This document shows, one piece after another, positions 1 through 9,846 of a DNA stretch of 45,282 nt. Under the pieces are notes generated by a model, which saw nothing but the letters and a program-made list of their open reading frames with translations, searched no databases and was not told where the DNA came from. Position numbers and translations under genes: made by a program. The DNA comes from an uncultured Deferribacteres bacterium (lineage in GTDB: Bacteria > Zhuqueibacterota > Zhuqueibacteria > Zhuqueibacterales > Geothermadaptataceae). Location of the stretch: positions 1 through 45,282 of the forward strand of contig CAXHAT010000043.1 of assembly GCA_964014485.1 (NCBI GenBank). Reading direction: 5' to 3'. How positions within the stretch are numbered: the first letter of the stretch is position 1; every line of letters starts with the position of its first letter.

Positions 1-93
1 GACCATGAAAGCTGCAAGCAATTGAATTTATTCGACTTATAACCGGACACTACTGTTCTTACACATGAACTCTCGACCAAACGGGGCAACAAA

Positions 94-3000
94 ATGGGAA
101 AAAACAACCCGATTTTCACAACCGTTGCTATCTGCCTTCTGACCATCGTCCTTTCAACAGTAAATGCGCTGGCGCAATTCAACGAAGTCGCCAAAATCCT
201 GGCCAGCGACAAACAAGCCGGTGACGGTTTCGGCTGGTCGGTCTCGATCAGCGGCGACCGCGCCATTGTTGGAACGCCGTGGGAAGATACCGGCGGTGTT
301 TCCGCTGGCACCGCCTACATTTTTGAGCGCAACGGTGCCGGGGGCTGGAGTGAGGCAGTAAAAATTCAGGCCGGCGACAAACAAGCCGGCGACCTTTTCG
401 GCTATTCGGTCTCAATCGACGGCGACCGCGCCATTGTCGGGGCGCATCAGACAGATACCGGCGGCGGCGCCTATATTTTTGAGCGCAGCGGTACCGGGGC
501 CTGGAGCGAGGTCGCCAAAATTCAGGCGAGCGATAACCAAACCGGTGACTTTTTCGGCCAATCGGTCGCGATTAGCGGCGACCGCGCCATTGTCGGGGAG
601 TATGGGGAAGACATCGGCGCTTTTAACGCCGGTGCCGCCTACATTTTTGAGCGCGATGGCAGCGGCATATGGAGCGAAACCGCCAAAATTCAGGCCAGCG
701 ATAAACAAGCCAGTGACCTGTTCGGCGTTTCGGTCTCGATCAGCGGCGACCACGCCATTATCGGGGCATATCGGGAAGATACCGGCGGTAGTAACGTCGG
801 TGCCGCCTACATTTTCGAGCGCAATACAAACGGCGTCTGGAGCGAAACCGCCAAAATTCAGGCGAGCAACAAACAAGCGGATATGAAATTCGGCATTTCG
901 GTCGCGATCAACGGCGGCCACGCCATTGTCGGGGCGGATCAGGAAGATGCCGGCGGGATTTCCGTCGGCGCCGCTTACATTTTTGAGCGCAACACGGACG
1001 GCTTCTGGAGTGAAGTCGCCAAAATTCAGGCTGGCGACAAAGAAGACGGTGACTTGTTCGGCAATTCGGTCTCGATCAGCGGCGACCGCGCCATTGTCGG
1101 GATGCGTGGCAATCACCCCGGCGCCGCCTACATTTTCGAGCGCAATACAAACGGCGTCTGGAGCGAAACCGCCAAAATTCAGGCGAGCAACAAACAAGTG
1201 GCTATGAAATTCGGCTATTCGGTCGCGATCAGCGGCGGCCAGGCTATTGTCGGGGCGTATCAGGAAGAGACCGGCGGTACTAGCGCCGGGACTGCCTATA
1301 TTTTTGAATATTCCAATTTCAATCAACCACCGATCGCGGACGCCGGTGCGGACCAGGAAATCTGTTCGGGATCATCGACAAACATCGGCGGCAGCCCGAC
1401 CGGCTCCGGCGGCGATGGCGAGCCTTATACTTTCAGTTGGTCGCCGGCAACCGGCTTGAGCAGCGCGACCGCGGCCAATCCAACCGCTGCGCCCGCGGTG
1501 ACAACCACATACACCGTGACAGTCACTGATGAAAACGGCGGCGAAGCAACGGACGATGTCACTGTCACCGTGCTGTCAAACGCTGACGCCGCAGAAGCGC
1601 AGTTCATCGAGGTTGCCAAAATCCAGGCCAGCGATATAGGAACCGGTGACGATTTCGGCTATTCGGTCTCGATCAGCGGGGACCGCGCCATTGTCGGGGC
1701 GTATGGGGAAGACACCGGCGGTTCCAGCGCCGGCGCCGCCTACATTTTTGAGCGAAATGGCGCCGGGGGCTGGAGCGAAGTCACCAAAATCCAGGCCAGG
1801 GATAAAGAAGCATATGACTATTTCGGCTATTCGGTCTCGATCAGCGGCGACCGCGCCATTGTCGGGGCGCATTGGAATGATACCGGCACGGCCTACATTT
1901 TTGAACGCAGCGCCGCCGGGGTCTGGAGCGAGGTCGCCAAAATTCAGGCGAGCGATAAAGAATACGGAGACAAGTTCGGCAATTCGGTCTCGATCAGCGG
2001 CGACCGCGCCATCGTCGGGGCGAATCGGGAAGATACCAACGCTGGCGCGGCCTATATTTTTGAGCGCAGCGGCGCCGGGATCTGGAGCGAGATCGTCAAA
2101 ATCCAAGCCAGCGATAAAGAAGCCGGTGACTACTTCGGTTGGTCGGTCTCGATCAGCGGCGACCGCGCCATCGTCGGGGCGTATAGAGAAGGCACCGGCG
2201 GTAATCACACCGGCACCGCCTACATTTTTGAGCGCAGCGCTGCCGGGTTCTGGAGCGAGGCCGCCAAAATTCAGGCCAGCGATAAAGAAGCTCGTGATGA
2301 GTTCGGCTTTTCGGTCTCAATCAGCGGCGACCGCGCCATTGTCGGGGCGTATGATGAAGACACGGGCGGTCGCGGCGCCGGCGCAGCCTATATTTTTGAA
2401 CGCAGTCCCGACGGGTCGGGATGGAGCGAGACCGTCAAAATCCAGGCCAGCGATAAAGAACGCAGTGACGAGTTCGGCAGTTCGGTCTCGATCAGCGGCG
2501 ACCGCGCCATTGTCGGGGCGTATAAAGAAGACACCGGCGTTAATAACGCCGGCGCGGCCTATATTGTCGAGCGCTGCAACGCCGGAGGCTGGAGCGAGAT
2601 CGCCAAAATCCAGGCCAGCGATAAAGGAGACGGTGGCGGGTTCGGCTGGTCGGTTTCGATCAGCGGGGACCGCATCATTGTCGGGACGGACGTGAAAAAA
2701 CCCGCCTACATTTTTGAACCCGTCACGAATCAGCCGCCGGTGGCGCACGCCGGCGCTGATCAGGAGATTTGTACATCGGCAAGCTTAGCAAGCGTGACCC
2801 TCGACGGCTCCGGCTCCAATGATCCCGAAGATGACGCTTTGACCTACACCTGGAAGAAAGGCGCGACGACCATTGCCACAGGCGGGAACCCGACTGTTTC
2901 TCTAGGCGTCGGCTCGCACACGATTGAGATCACCGTGGAGGACGGCAACGGCGGGAGCGACACGGATGAAGTCGTCATCGACGTTTTCGCCAGCCCAAGC

Positions 3001-4080
3001 GCAGTCGCCGGAGCGGACGCGGAAATTTTCGAGGGCGCGACCGTTGTCATCGGCGGCGCGCCAACGGCTTCCGGCGGAACCGGCGCGCTCGCAACATCCT
3101 GGTCTCCGGCTGACGGACTCGACGATGCTTCCGCCGCCAACCCGACCGCTGAACCGGCCGTTACCACAACTTACACCGTAACTGTAACCGATGAAAACGG
3201 CTGTGAAGCAACGGACGACGTCACCGTCACCGTGCTGTCAAATGCTGAGGTTGCCAACAATCAGGCCGCGGAAGTACAAACGCTGCTCGATGATCCCGCC
3301 ACGCCGGAGGAAGCCATCGAACATCTTGAAGATGCGCAGACAGCATTGGAAGAAGCGGCCGCCGCTGCCGGCGGCAATGATGAAGAAGCGCTCTCAGCGT
3401 TGAAAAAAACGTCCGCCGCTGCTGAAGCCGGTGATACGGAAGGCTTTTTCGACGCGATTCGCGACGCCGCCGATGCTCTGGAAGAAGCGCGCGATGAAAA
3501 CGCCGACACCGACGCCATCGCGCAAGTGCTCTCCGACCTCGCCCGCCACATCGCGAGCGAAAAAAGAGACGAAATCTACGCTTGCGAACCCAACCCGACC
3601 GGCAAGATGGCCGATGACGTTGAAGACGGCGACAAGGACCTGGCTGCCGGGGATGAAGAATCCGGCGAGGCCTACTTTGGCGATGCGATCAAGGATTACA
3701 AAAAAGCCTGGGAAAGTTATTGCGAGGCGCTGGAACGGTGTGTTTCTCCGAAGGCAGTTTTCAGTGATCAGTCTTCCGTATCCAGTGATCAGGTTTTGCC
3801 GGAGCGTTTTGCGCTGCATCAGAATTATCCGAATCCGTTCAATCCTTCAACGACGATTCGGTTTGATTTGGTCGAAGCCGGGCATGTTGAATTGAAGATT
3901 TATAACAGCGCGGGGCAGCTTGTCCATACGCTGGTTTCCGGCGATTATGCTCCGGGCGCGCACAAAGCGGTTTGGGATGCGCGTGATGATTCCGGACGCG
4001 GCGTTGCCAGCGGCGTCTATCTGGCCAAGCTGCAAGCCGGCGGGGCGGTGATCCGGAAAAAGCTGGTTTTAATGCGATAA
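94..4080 (+). CDS. Secreted double FG-GAP beta-propeller protein with PKD/Ig-like domains, acidic helical domain and FlgD-Ig/T9SS type-A-like C-terminal domain
   Basis: Signal peptide ending ALA-Q; 7+7 repeats of KIQASD..GD.FG.SVSISGDRAIVGA...GAAYIFER; NQPP.A.AGADQ PKD-like modules; C-terminal LHQNYPNPFNPSTTI...SGVY. Confidence 0.9.
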   Translation: MGKNNPIFTTVAICLLTIVLSTVNALAQFNEVAKILASDKQAGDGFGWSVSISGDRAIVGTPWEDTGGVSAGTAYIFERNGAGGWSEAVKIQAGDKQAGDLFGYSVSIDGDRAIVGAHQTDTGGGAYIFERSGTGAWSEVAKIQASDNQTGDFFGQSVAISGDRAIVGEYGEDIGAFNAGAAYIFERDGSGIWSETAKIQASDKQASDLFGVSVSISGDHAIIGAYREDTGGSNVGAAYIFERNTNGVWSETAKIQASNKQADMKFGISVAINGGHAIVGADQEDAGGISVGAAYIFERNTDGFWSEVAKIQAGDKEDGDLFGNSVSISGDRAIVGMRGNHPGAAYIFERNTNGVWSETAKIQASNKQVAMKFGYSVAISGGQAIVGAYQEETGGTSAGTAYIFEYSNFNQPPIADAGADQEICSGSSTNIGGSPTGSGGDGEPYTFSWSPATGLSSATAANPTAAPAVTTTYTVTVTDENGGEATDDVTVTVLSNADAAEAQFIEVAKIQASDIGTGDDFGYSVSISGDRAIVGAYGEDTGGSSAGAAYIFERNGAGGWSEVTKIQARDKEAYDYFGYSVSISGDRAIVGAHWNDTGTAYIFERSAAGVWSEVAKIQASDKEYGDKFGNSVSISGDRAIVGANREDTNAGAAYIFERSGAGIWSEIVKIQASDKEAGDYFGWSVSISGDRAIVGAYREGTGGNHTGTAYIFERSAAGFWSEAAKIQASDKEARDEFGFSVSISGDRAIVGAYDEDTGGRGAGAAYIFERSPDGSGWSETVKIQASDKERSDEFGSSVSISGDRAIVGAYKEDTGVNNAGAAYIVERCNAGGWSEIAKIQASDKGDGGGFGWSVSISGDRIIVGTDVKKPAYIFEPVTNQPPVAHAGADQEICTSASLASVTLDGSGSNDPEDDALTYTWKKGATTIATGGNPTVSLGVGSHTIEITVEDGNGGSDTDEVVIDVFASPSAVAGADAEIFEGATVVIGGAPTASGGTGALATSWSPADGLDDASAANPTAEPAVTTTYTVTVTDENGCEATDDVTVTVLSNAEVANNQAAEVQTLLDDPATPEEAIEHLEDAQTALEEAAAAAGGNDEEALSALKKTSAAAEAGDTEGFFDAIRDAADALEEARDENADTDAIAQVLSDLARHIASEKRDEIYACEPNPTGKMADDVEDGDKDLAAGDEESGEAYFGDAIKDYKKAWESYCEALERCVSPKAVFSDQSSVSSDQVLPERFALHQNYPNPFNPSTTIRFDLVEAGHVELKIYNSAGQLVHTLVSGDYAPGAHKAVWDARDDSGRGVASGVYLAKLQAGGAVIRKKLVLMR

Positions 4081-4099
4081 GGGTAACTATTCGGGCCGG

Positions 4100-4219
4100 T
4101 TCGCCGCCGCGGGTTGAACCCCGCGGCTAATCTGAAAAACCCACTTAAAAGCGGCTCAACTTTCAGCCTGCTTCAGCAGGGTTTATTCAAATTAGCCTGA
4201 CGGTTCAACGTCAGGCGGA
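4100..4219. repeat. Inverted REP-like doublet (ATTAGC-stem-TTCA family)
   Basis: gccgcgggttgaaccccgcggctaat and attagcctgacggttcaacgtcaggc are hairpins in inverted orientation to each other. Confidence 0.7.
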
Positions 4220-4307
4220 GCGCCGCGAAGCAGCATGGAAGTTACTTGTTGATCAAGACCGCGGGCGCGGTTGGAAAGCTTCTGAGTAACTGATGTTACG
4301 CGAGGCA

Positions 4308-4409
4308 AACGTAACGCAAGCATCCTTGCTTGCCCGGAATTAACCCGGAGCGCAAACGTGTCGCTTCTTGCTTCGACTGACTCGCAAACAAGGATGTTTG
4401 CGTTACGTT
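4308..4409. repeat. Inverted REP-like doublet (GTAR-type)
   Basis: aacgtaacgcaagcatccttgcttgc ... gcaaacaaggatgtttgcgttacgtt. Confidence 0.75.
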
Positions 4410-4442
4410 CCGACGCTCGTGCGGTTAGTCTCGCTGAATAGT

Positions 4443-4639
4443 ATTCCAACGTTAAGTCCGCGGGATCACGTAAGAGAAGTGTCGTTCTCGTTCCAATGCT
4501 TCGCGTTGGAATGCAGCCCCGGCGCTTTGCGCCGACTCATTCAGGTTCAAAATTGTGCGGACGGAACCGGCGCGAAGCGCCGAAAGCTGCATGACCACGC
4601 GAAGCATGGTCACGAGAATGTTGGACTTAACGTTGTAAT
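4443..4639. mobile_element. MITE-like element with internal REP-like palindromes
   Basis: 17-bp TIR attccaacgttaagtcc / ggacttaacgttgtaat (1 mismatch), flanked by 6-bp direct repeat aatagt (4437-4442, 4640-4645); no transposase. Confidence 0.65.
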
Positions 4640-4700
4640 AATAGTTACGTTGTGAAATCAAACATAGAACATCAATGACATTTTAAAAAAGGGGTCTGTC

Positions 4701-7082
4701 ATGATCAAAAATTCCGTTGCTACACACACAAAGAATTATTTTGAAAAAGGCTCAAAGCTGTTTGCCGCGCTTGTGTTTTTGGGCATGAGCTTCGCTCTGA
4801 CCACGTCCGCGGAGGCCACGCACTTTCGCGCCGGGCGCGTCACGTGGATGAAAGTGGCGGATAAAACGGTTGAGTTCACCGTGACGACGGCCTGGCGGGT
4901 GAATCCGCACGTGCAGTTGTTTTTCGGCGACGGCGGTTCGGTCACACGCAATTCATCGGGCATGACGCAGATTTTTTCCGGGACGGATCTCAATGGCGAG
5001 AGCTTCGCGATCTGGGAATTCAAAGTGCAGCACACCTATGCTTCGGACGGGCCGTTCACGGCGCATTTCAGTCACTGTTGCAGAATCAGCTCTTTGATCA
5101 ATGCCGGGGGCGATTATTTCAGGGTGGAAACCGTTGTGGATCTGAGAAACGGCAACACCGGTTCGCCGGTCAGCTCTCTGCCGGCAATTTTGCAAATGTC
5201 TCAGGGGACGGTGAATTCCATTCCACTTCCGGTTGTCGATCCCGACGGCGATCCGGTGACGTGCCGCATGGCGACGCTGGCCGAGTCGGAAATTCCGGCC
5301 GTCGCCGCTGCCGGCGGACACAACCTTTCGATCTCAAATGATTGCGTTCTGACCTGGAACACCGCCGGGACGGTCGCGAACCAAAAATACGCCGCGCAGA
5401 TCATTATCGAACAAGACACGCCCGGTAATGAAACGCAAATCGCGCTGGATTTCATCATAGAAATCGTCGGCGGCTCCGTCAATCAAGCGCCGACATGCAG
5501 CGGCCCGTCCGGAACGCAAATCCTGACGGTTGGGCAAACGTATACGACAACATTGACCGGGGTTGATCCGGACAACGACGATCTGACCGTTTCGGCGTTA
5601 GGGCTGCCCGCTGGAGCGACGTTGACCCCGGCGGCGGGAACCACCGCTGCGTCGCCTTTTGCCGTCACGTTTAGCTGGACGCCTGCCGCCGCGGACATCG
5701 GCGTCTATGCCGCGAATATTATTTTTACGGACACGGGCGGCCTGCAGGGGTTGTGCAATCTGGCCCTTTCCGTCGTCAATCCTCCCGTTGCTGACGCCGG
5801 AGAAGATCAGGAAATTTGTTCAGGACTTTCCACGACGATCGGCGGAAGTTCGACGGCTTCAGGCGGAAATGGCGGCCCCTACGATATAAGCTGGTCGCCA
5901 GGGACGGGCCTGAGTAATGCCGCCGCAGCAAATCCAACCGCGGCGCCCGCAATGACGACCATCTACACGGTGACCGTCACCGAAACCGGCACGGGTTTAT
6001 CCGCCACCGATGACGTCGTGGTAACTGTTTTGCCGTCCCCAACCGCCGACGCCGGTTCGGACGCCGTGATTTTCGCGGGCGGGGAAACGACAATCGGCGG
6101 CGCGCCAACGGGTTCGGACGGAACCGGCGCTTTGAGCTATTCCTGGCTGCCGGTAGACGGCCTGGACGATCCCTCCGCCGCAAATCCGACCGCTGAAATT
6201 TACGCGTCGACGACCTACACCGTTACGGTCACCGACGAAAACGGCTGTGAAGCCACCGATGAAGTCACGGTGACGGCCTTGTCGAAAGAAGACGTTCTTT
6301 CCGAGCAATGCGCCGCCGTGCAAGCGCTCATCGACGATCCGGCAACTCCGGAAGAGGCTCTCGATCCGCTGGAAGAAGCCAAAGAAGCTTTGCGGGAAGC
6401 GCTGGAATTTGCCGATGAGAATGAAACCAAAGACATGCTCGACGCGATGCGCGACGCCGCCGACGCTTTGGAAGAAGCGCGCGAAGAAATGGACGGCACG
6501 GACGAAATCGCCGGCGCTCTGGCCGATTGCGCCCGCCACACCGCGACGGAAAAACGGGAAGAAGCGCTGGAATGCGATCCTTCTCCGTCCGGCAAAATGG
6601 CCGACGACATGGAAGACGGCGACAATGATCTTGCCGACGGCGACGTTGAATACAATGATCCCGACGGCGGCTACTTCGGCGACGCGATCAAGGATTATCG
6701 CAAGGCGTGGGAAGACTATTGCAATGCGCTGGAGCGGTGTGTTTCTCCGAAGGCAGTTTTCAGTGATCAGTATTCAGTGTCCAGTGATCAGGTTTTACCG
6801 GAGCGTTTTGCGCTGCATCAGAATTATCCGAATCCGTTCAATCCGAGCACGACGATTCAATTCGATCTGGTTGAAGCCGGGCATGTTGAATTGAAGATTT
6901 TCAACAGTGCGGGGCGGCTGGTGCGGACGCTGGTTTCCGGCAAATACGCGCCTGGCGCGCACAAAGTCGTTTGGGATGCGAAAGACGACGCCGGATTTTC
7001 TATCGCGAGCGGCTTGTATTTGTATACGATTAAATCCGGGCAAAGCTTTAGCGCGCAGCGCAAACTGTTGTTAATGAAATGA
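4701..7082 (+). CDS. Secreted modular protein: unknown N-terminal domain, Ig/PKD-like repeats, helical domain, FlgD-Ig/T9SS-like C-terminal domain
   Basis: Signal peptide ending AEA-THFRAG; CCR and DPDGD motifs; C-terminal third is homologous to 94..4080. Confidence 0.85.
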   Translation: MIKNSVATHTKNYFEKGSKLFAALVFLGMSFALTTSAEATHFRAGRVTWMKVADKTVEFTVTTAWRVNPHVQLFFGDGGSVTRNSSGMTQIFSGTDLNGESFAIWEFKVQHTYASDGPFTAHFSHCCRISSLINAGGDYFRVETVVDLRNGNTGSPVSSLPAILQMSQGTVNSIPLPVVDPDGDPVTCRMATLAESEIPAVAAAGGHNLSISNDCVLTWNTAGTVANQKYAAQIIIEQDTPGNETQIALDFIIEIVGGSVNQAPTCSGPSGTQILTVGQTYTTTLTGVDPDNDDLTVSALGLPAGATLTPAAGTTAASPFAVTFSWTPAAADIGVYAANIIFTDTGGLQGLCNLALSVVNPPVADAGEDQEICSGLSTTIGGSSTASGGNGGPYDISWSPGTGLSNAAAANPTAAPAMTTIYTVTVTETGTGLSATDDVVVTVLPSPTADAGSDAVIFAGGETTIGGAPTGSDGTGALSYSWLPVDGLDDPSAANPTAEIYASTTYTVTVTDENGCEATDEVTVTALSKEDVLSEQCAAVQALIDDPATPEEALDPLEEAKEALREALEFADENETKDMLDAMRDAADALEEAREEMDGTDEIAGALADCARHTATEKREEALECDPSPSGKMADDMEDGDNDLADGDVEYNDPDGGYFGDAIKDYRKAWEDYCNALERCVSPKAVFSDQYSVSSDQVLPERFALHQNYPNPFNPSTTIQFDLVEAGHVELKIFNSAGRLVRTLVSGKYAPGAHKVVWDAKDDAGFSIASGLYLYTIKSGQSFSAQRKLLLMK

Positions 7083-7240
7083 TTTTCGAGAAATAACCTT
7101 TAGGTCAAGCGAATCATGAGTCTGGAAACAAACTCCTGATTCGCTGTGACGTACGGACTGGGTACGCCGCCTTCTCAAGTCGCCTTCCAGAATCACCATC
7201 CAACATTGCATCGAGCTGAACAGACGCAATTGCCTTGCTT

Positions 7241-7347
7241 TGTTCGTCTACGGACATTCGTTGTAATAATAACGGATAGCTTCAAAATCTCCCGCCGCTT
7301 CAATTCCAGCTAAAACCATAAAAAACAGCTCTGGCATAACTGTTGAC
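7241..7347 (+). promoter_or_regulatory. Putative sigma-54 promoter with tandem upstream activator boxes
   Basis: TGTTCG-N4-CGGACA (7241-7256), second box 7262-7278, and TGGCATaactgTTGA with -24/-12 spacing (GG 7333-7334, GA 7345-7346). Confidence 0.65.
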
Positions 7348-7429
7348 TCTTGCACTGCGGGGGGATTCCGCGAAACCGTTCGCGGATGATCGATGACTTC
7401 AAAAACGACATCAAACGAAGGTGCGAGTC

Positions 7430-9844
7430 ATGTTTAGAAATTATCTCAAAATCGCCGTCCGCAATCTGCTGAAATTCAAGGCGTACGCCGTCATCAATAT
7501 CGTCGGTTTGGCGGTGGGCATCGCGGCATGCTTGCTCATTCTGCTTTACGTGCAGGACGAACTGAGTTATGACAAATTTCACCAGAACGCCGACCGCATC
7601 TATCGCGTGATTAGCGAGGAGAGTGAAAACGGCGTGTCCGCCAAGGTCGCCACTACCTATGCGCCGCTCACGCCGATTATGCTTTCCACAAATCCTGAAA
7701 TCGAAAACGTCGTTCGTCTTTTCCCCCACAGCGTCATGGTCAAATACACCGAGGACGTCAAATTTCAGGAAGACAAGTTCTTCTTCTGCGACTCGTCGTT
7801 TTTTGACGTTTTCTCATTCAAATTACTGCAAGGCGATCCCAAAACCGCCTTGACCGTCCCGAACGGCGTGGTCGTCACCGAAGAAACGGCGCAACGCTAC
7901 TTTGGCAAGGAAAATCCCATCGGCAAGACTCTGCGCATAGAAAATCAATTGGACGTGACCGTCACCGGCGTGCTTGAAAACGTGCCGCACAATTCCCACA
8001 TTTCTTTCGATTTTCTCGCGTCGATGAACGGCGTGAACACGATCATCGGAAATTGGGTCATGATCCGCGGTTGGCACTGGCCGCCGATGTACACCTACGC
8101 CATGCTGCCGGAAAACTTCGACGCTTCGATTATCGCCGAACGCCTGCCCGAAATGGCGCGCACGAAATTCCCCGAATCCACGCGCGATTGGATGACCCCG
8201 GAATTGCAGCCGCTCACAGACATTCACCTTTATTCCACCTTGCAAGCTGAAGTTCAACCGACGGGAAACATCACTTACATCTATCTTTTTGCGATGGTGG
8301 CGGCGTTTATTCTTCTCATCGCCTGCATCAATTTCATGAACCTTGCGACGGCGCGTTCGGCCAATCGCGCGAAAGAAGTCGGTTTGCGCAAAGTCGTGGG
8401 AGCCGAGCGTGCGCAGCTTATTAAACAATTTCTCGGCGAATCGTTGGTTTACGCCGTTGTCGCCATGATTTTGGCGATTGCCATCGTCGAATTCTTCCTG
8501 CCGACGTTCAATTCGCTGATCGGTAAAGACATGGACGTAGCTTACACGGAAAACATCATGGTCTGGGTCGGCTTGATCGGAACGACGCTCATCGTTGGCC
8601 TTCTCGCGGGCAGCTACCCGGCGTTTTTTCTGGCGCGCTTCCGCCCGATTCAGGTTTTGCAGGGGAAAATTTCATTCGGCGGCGCCGCACGAGGTCCAAA
8701 GCAATTGCGTTCCGCGCTCGTCGTGCTGCAGTTTGTCATTTCTATCGCGTTGATCATCGTCACAGCCGGGATTCACAAGCAATTGAACTTTATCCAAAAC
8801 AATCGATTAGGTTTCGAGAAAGAGTACGTCGTCGTCATTCCGATTCGCGACGACGCTCTGCAAAACAATTATGTGACGCTCAAAAATCGCGTGCTCGCCA
8901 ACGCCGGTGTCATCAGCGCGACGGCGATTTCGAATTTCCCCTGGGAGTCGGGCTACTACGGCTTCCCAATCAAAGCCGAAGGCATGGCGCAGGATGACAA
9001 TACAAACATGGCGACCTTGCTCGTCGATCCGGATTTTGACAAAACTTTTGGCATTGAAATCGTCGAAGGACGCGGCTTTTCGCGCGACCGCATTTCCGAT
9101 GCGGGCGAGGCGTTTATTTTGAACCAGGCGGCGATTAAAAAGTTTGGCTGGGAATCAGCAATCAACAAGCGTTTTGAGGTTGACAAAGTCGCTTCCGGGC
9201 AAGCGCGCACAGGCAGAGTCGTTGGCGTGATGCAGGACTTCCACCTGCGCTCTTTGCACCACGAAATCGAACCATTGGTGGCTATGGTGACGCCCGTTTC
9301 CTATTTTCTCGACAATCTCGCCGTGCGCATTTCAGGGCGGGACGTAAGAACTGAAGTTGCGGCATTGCAACAGACCTGGGCGGAGCTGGCGCCGCATCGT
9401 CCGTTCGAATACTTCTTTCTCGACGACGCCTTCGATCAACTCTACCGAAAAGAGCAAAAGCTCGGCGGCATTTTTAATTGGTTCGCCGGTCTGACAATTT
9501 TCGTCGGCTGTCTCGGCTTGTTTGGGCTAGCGTCGTTCACGGCGGAACAACGCACGAAAGAGATTGGCATCCGCAAAACCCTCGGCGCCACCGTTTCCGG
9601 AATCGTTCTGCTTCTCTCAAAGGAGTTCACCAAGCTCGTCGCCGTCGCCTTCATACTTGCTGCGCCGGTGGCCTACTATTTCGTGCAACAGTGGCTGCAA
9701 GATTTCGCCTATAAAACCTCGCCCAACTTCTGGACGTTTCTCATGTCGGCAGTCATCGTCTTGGGCGTAGCGCTGCTCACCGTCAGCTATCAATCCATCA
9801 AAGCCGCGCTGACGAATCCTGTGAAAAGTTTACAGTGCGAATGA
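7430..9844 (+). CDS. MacB/FtsX-family duplicated ABC transporter permease
   Basis: MFRNYLKIAVRNL start; IACINFMNL..RAKEVGLRK; EQRTKEIGIRK; NPVKSL.E end; no Walker motifs. Confidence 0.93.
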   Translation: MFRNYLKIAVRNLLKFKAYAVINIVGLAVGIAACLLILLYVQDELSYDKFHQNADRIYRVISEESENGVSAKVATTYAPLTPIMLSTNPEIENVVRLFPHSVMVKYTEDVKFQEDKFFFCDSSFFDVFSFKLLQGDPKTALTVPNGVVVTEETAQRYFGKENPIGKTLRIENQLDVTVTGVLENVPHNSHISFDFLASMNGVNTIIGNWVMIRGWHWPPMYTYAMLPENFDASIIAERLPEMARTKFPESTRDWMTPELQPLTDIHLYSTLQAEVQPTGNITYIYLFAMVAAFILLIACINFMNLATARSANRAKEVGLRKVVGAERAQLIKQFLGESLVYAVVAMILAIAIVEFFLPTFNSLIGKDMDVAYTENIMVWVGLIGTTLIVGLLAGSYPAFFLARFRPIQVLQGKISFGGAARGPKQLRSALVVLQFVISIALIIVTAGIHKQLNFIQNNRLGFEKEYVVVIPIRDDALQNNYVTLKNRVLANAGVISATAISNFPWESGYYGFPIKAEGMAQDDNTNMATLLVDPDFDKTFGIEIVEGRGFSRDRISDAGEAFILNQAAIKKFGWESAINKRFEVDKVASGQARTGRVVGVMQDFHLRSLHHEIEPLVAMVTPVSYFLDNLAVRISGRDVRTEVAALQQTWAELAPHRPFEYFFLDDAFDQLYRKEQKLGGIFNWFAGLTIFVGCLGLFGLASFTAEQRTKEIGIRKTLGATVSGIVLLLSKEFTKLVAVAFILAAPVAYYFVQQWLQDFAYKTSPNFWTFLMSAVIVLGVALLTVSYQSIKAALTNPVKSLQCE

Positions 9845-9846
9845 GG

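Noticed and set aside
180..2720. Regularly spaced DNA repeats (tcggtctcgatcagcggcgaccgcgccattgtcgggg) as a CRISPR array
   Set aside because: They are in-frame FG-GAP blades with homologous intervening sequence, and no cas genes are present
4192..4661. Short ORFs in the first intergenic gap
   Set aside because: They translate palindromic repeat DNA
3727..6979. Near-identical 3' segments as a DGR template/variable repeat pair
   Set aside because: No reverse transcriptase in the window, both copies are coding, and the differences are not adenine-specific
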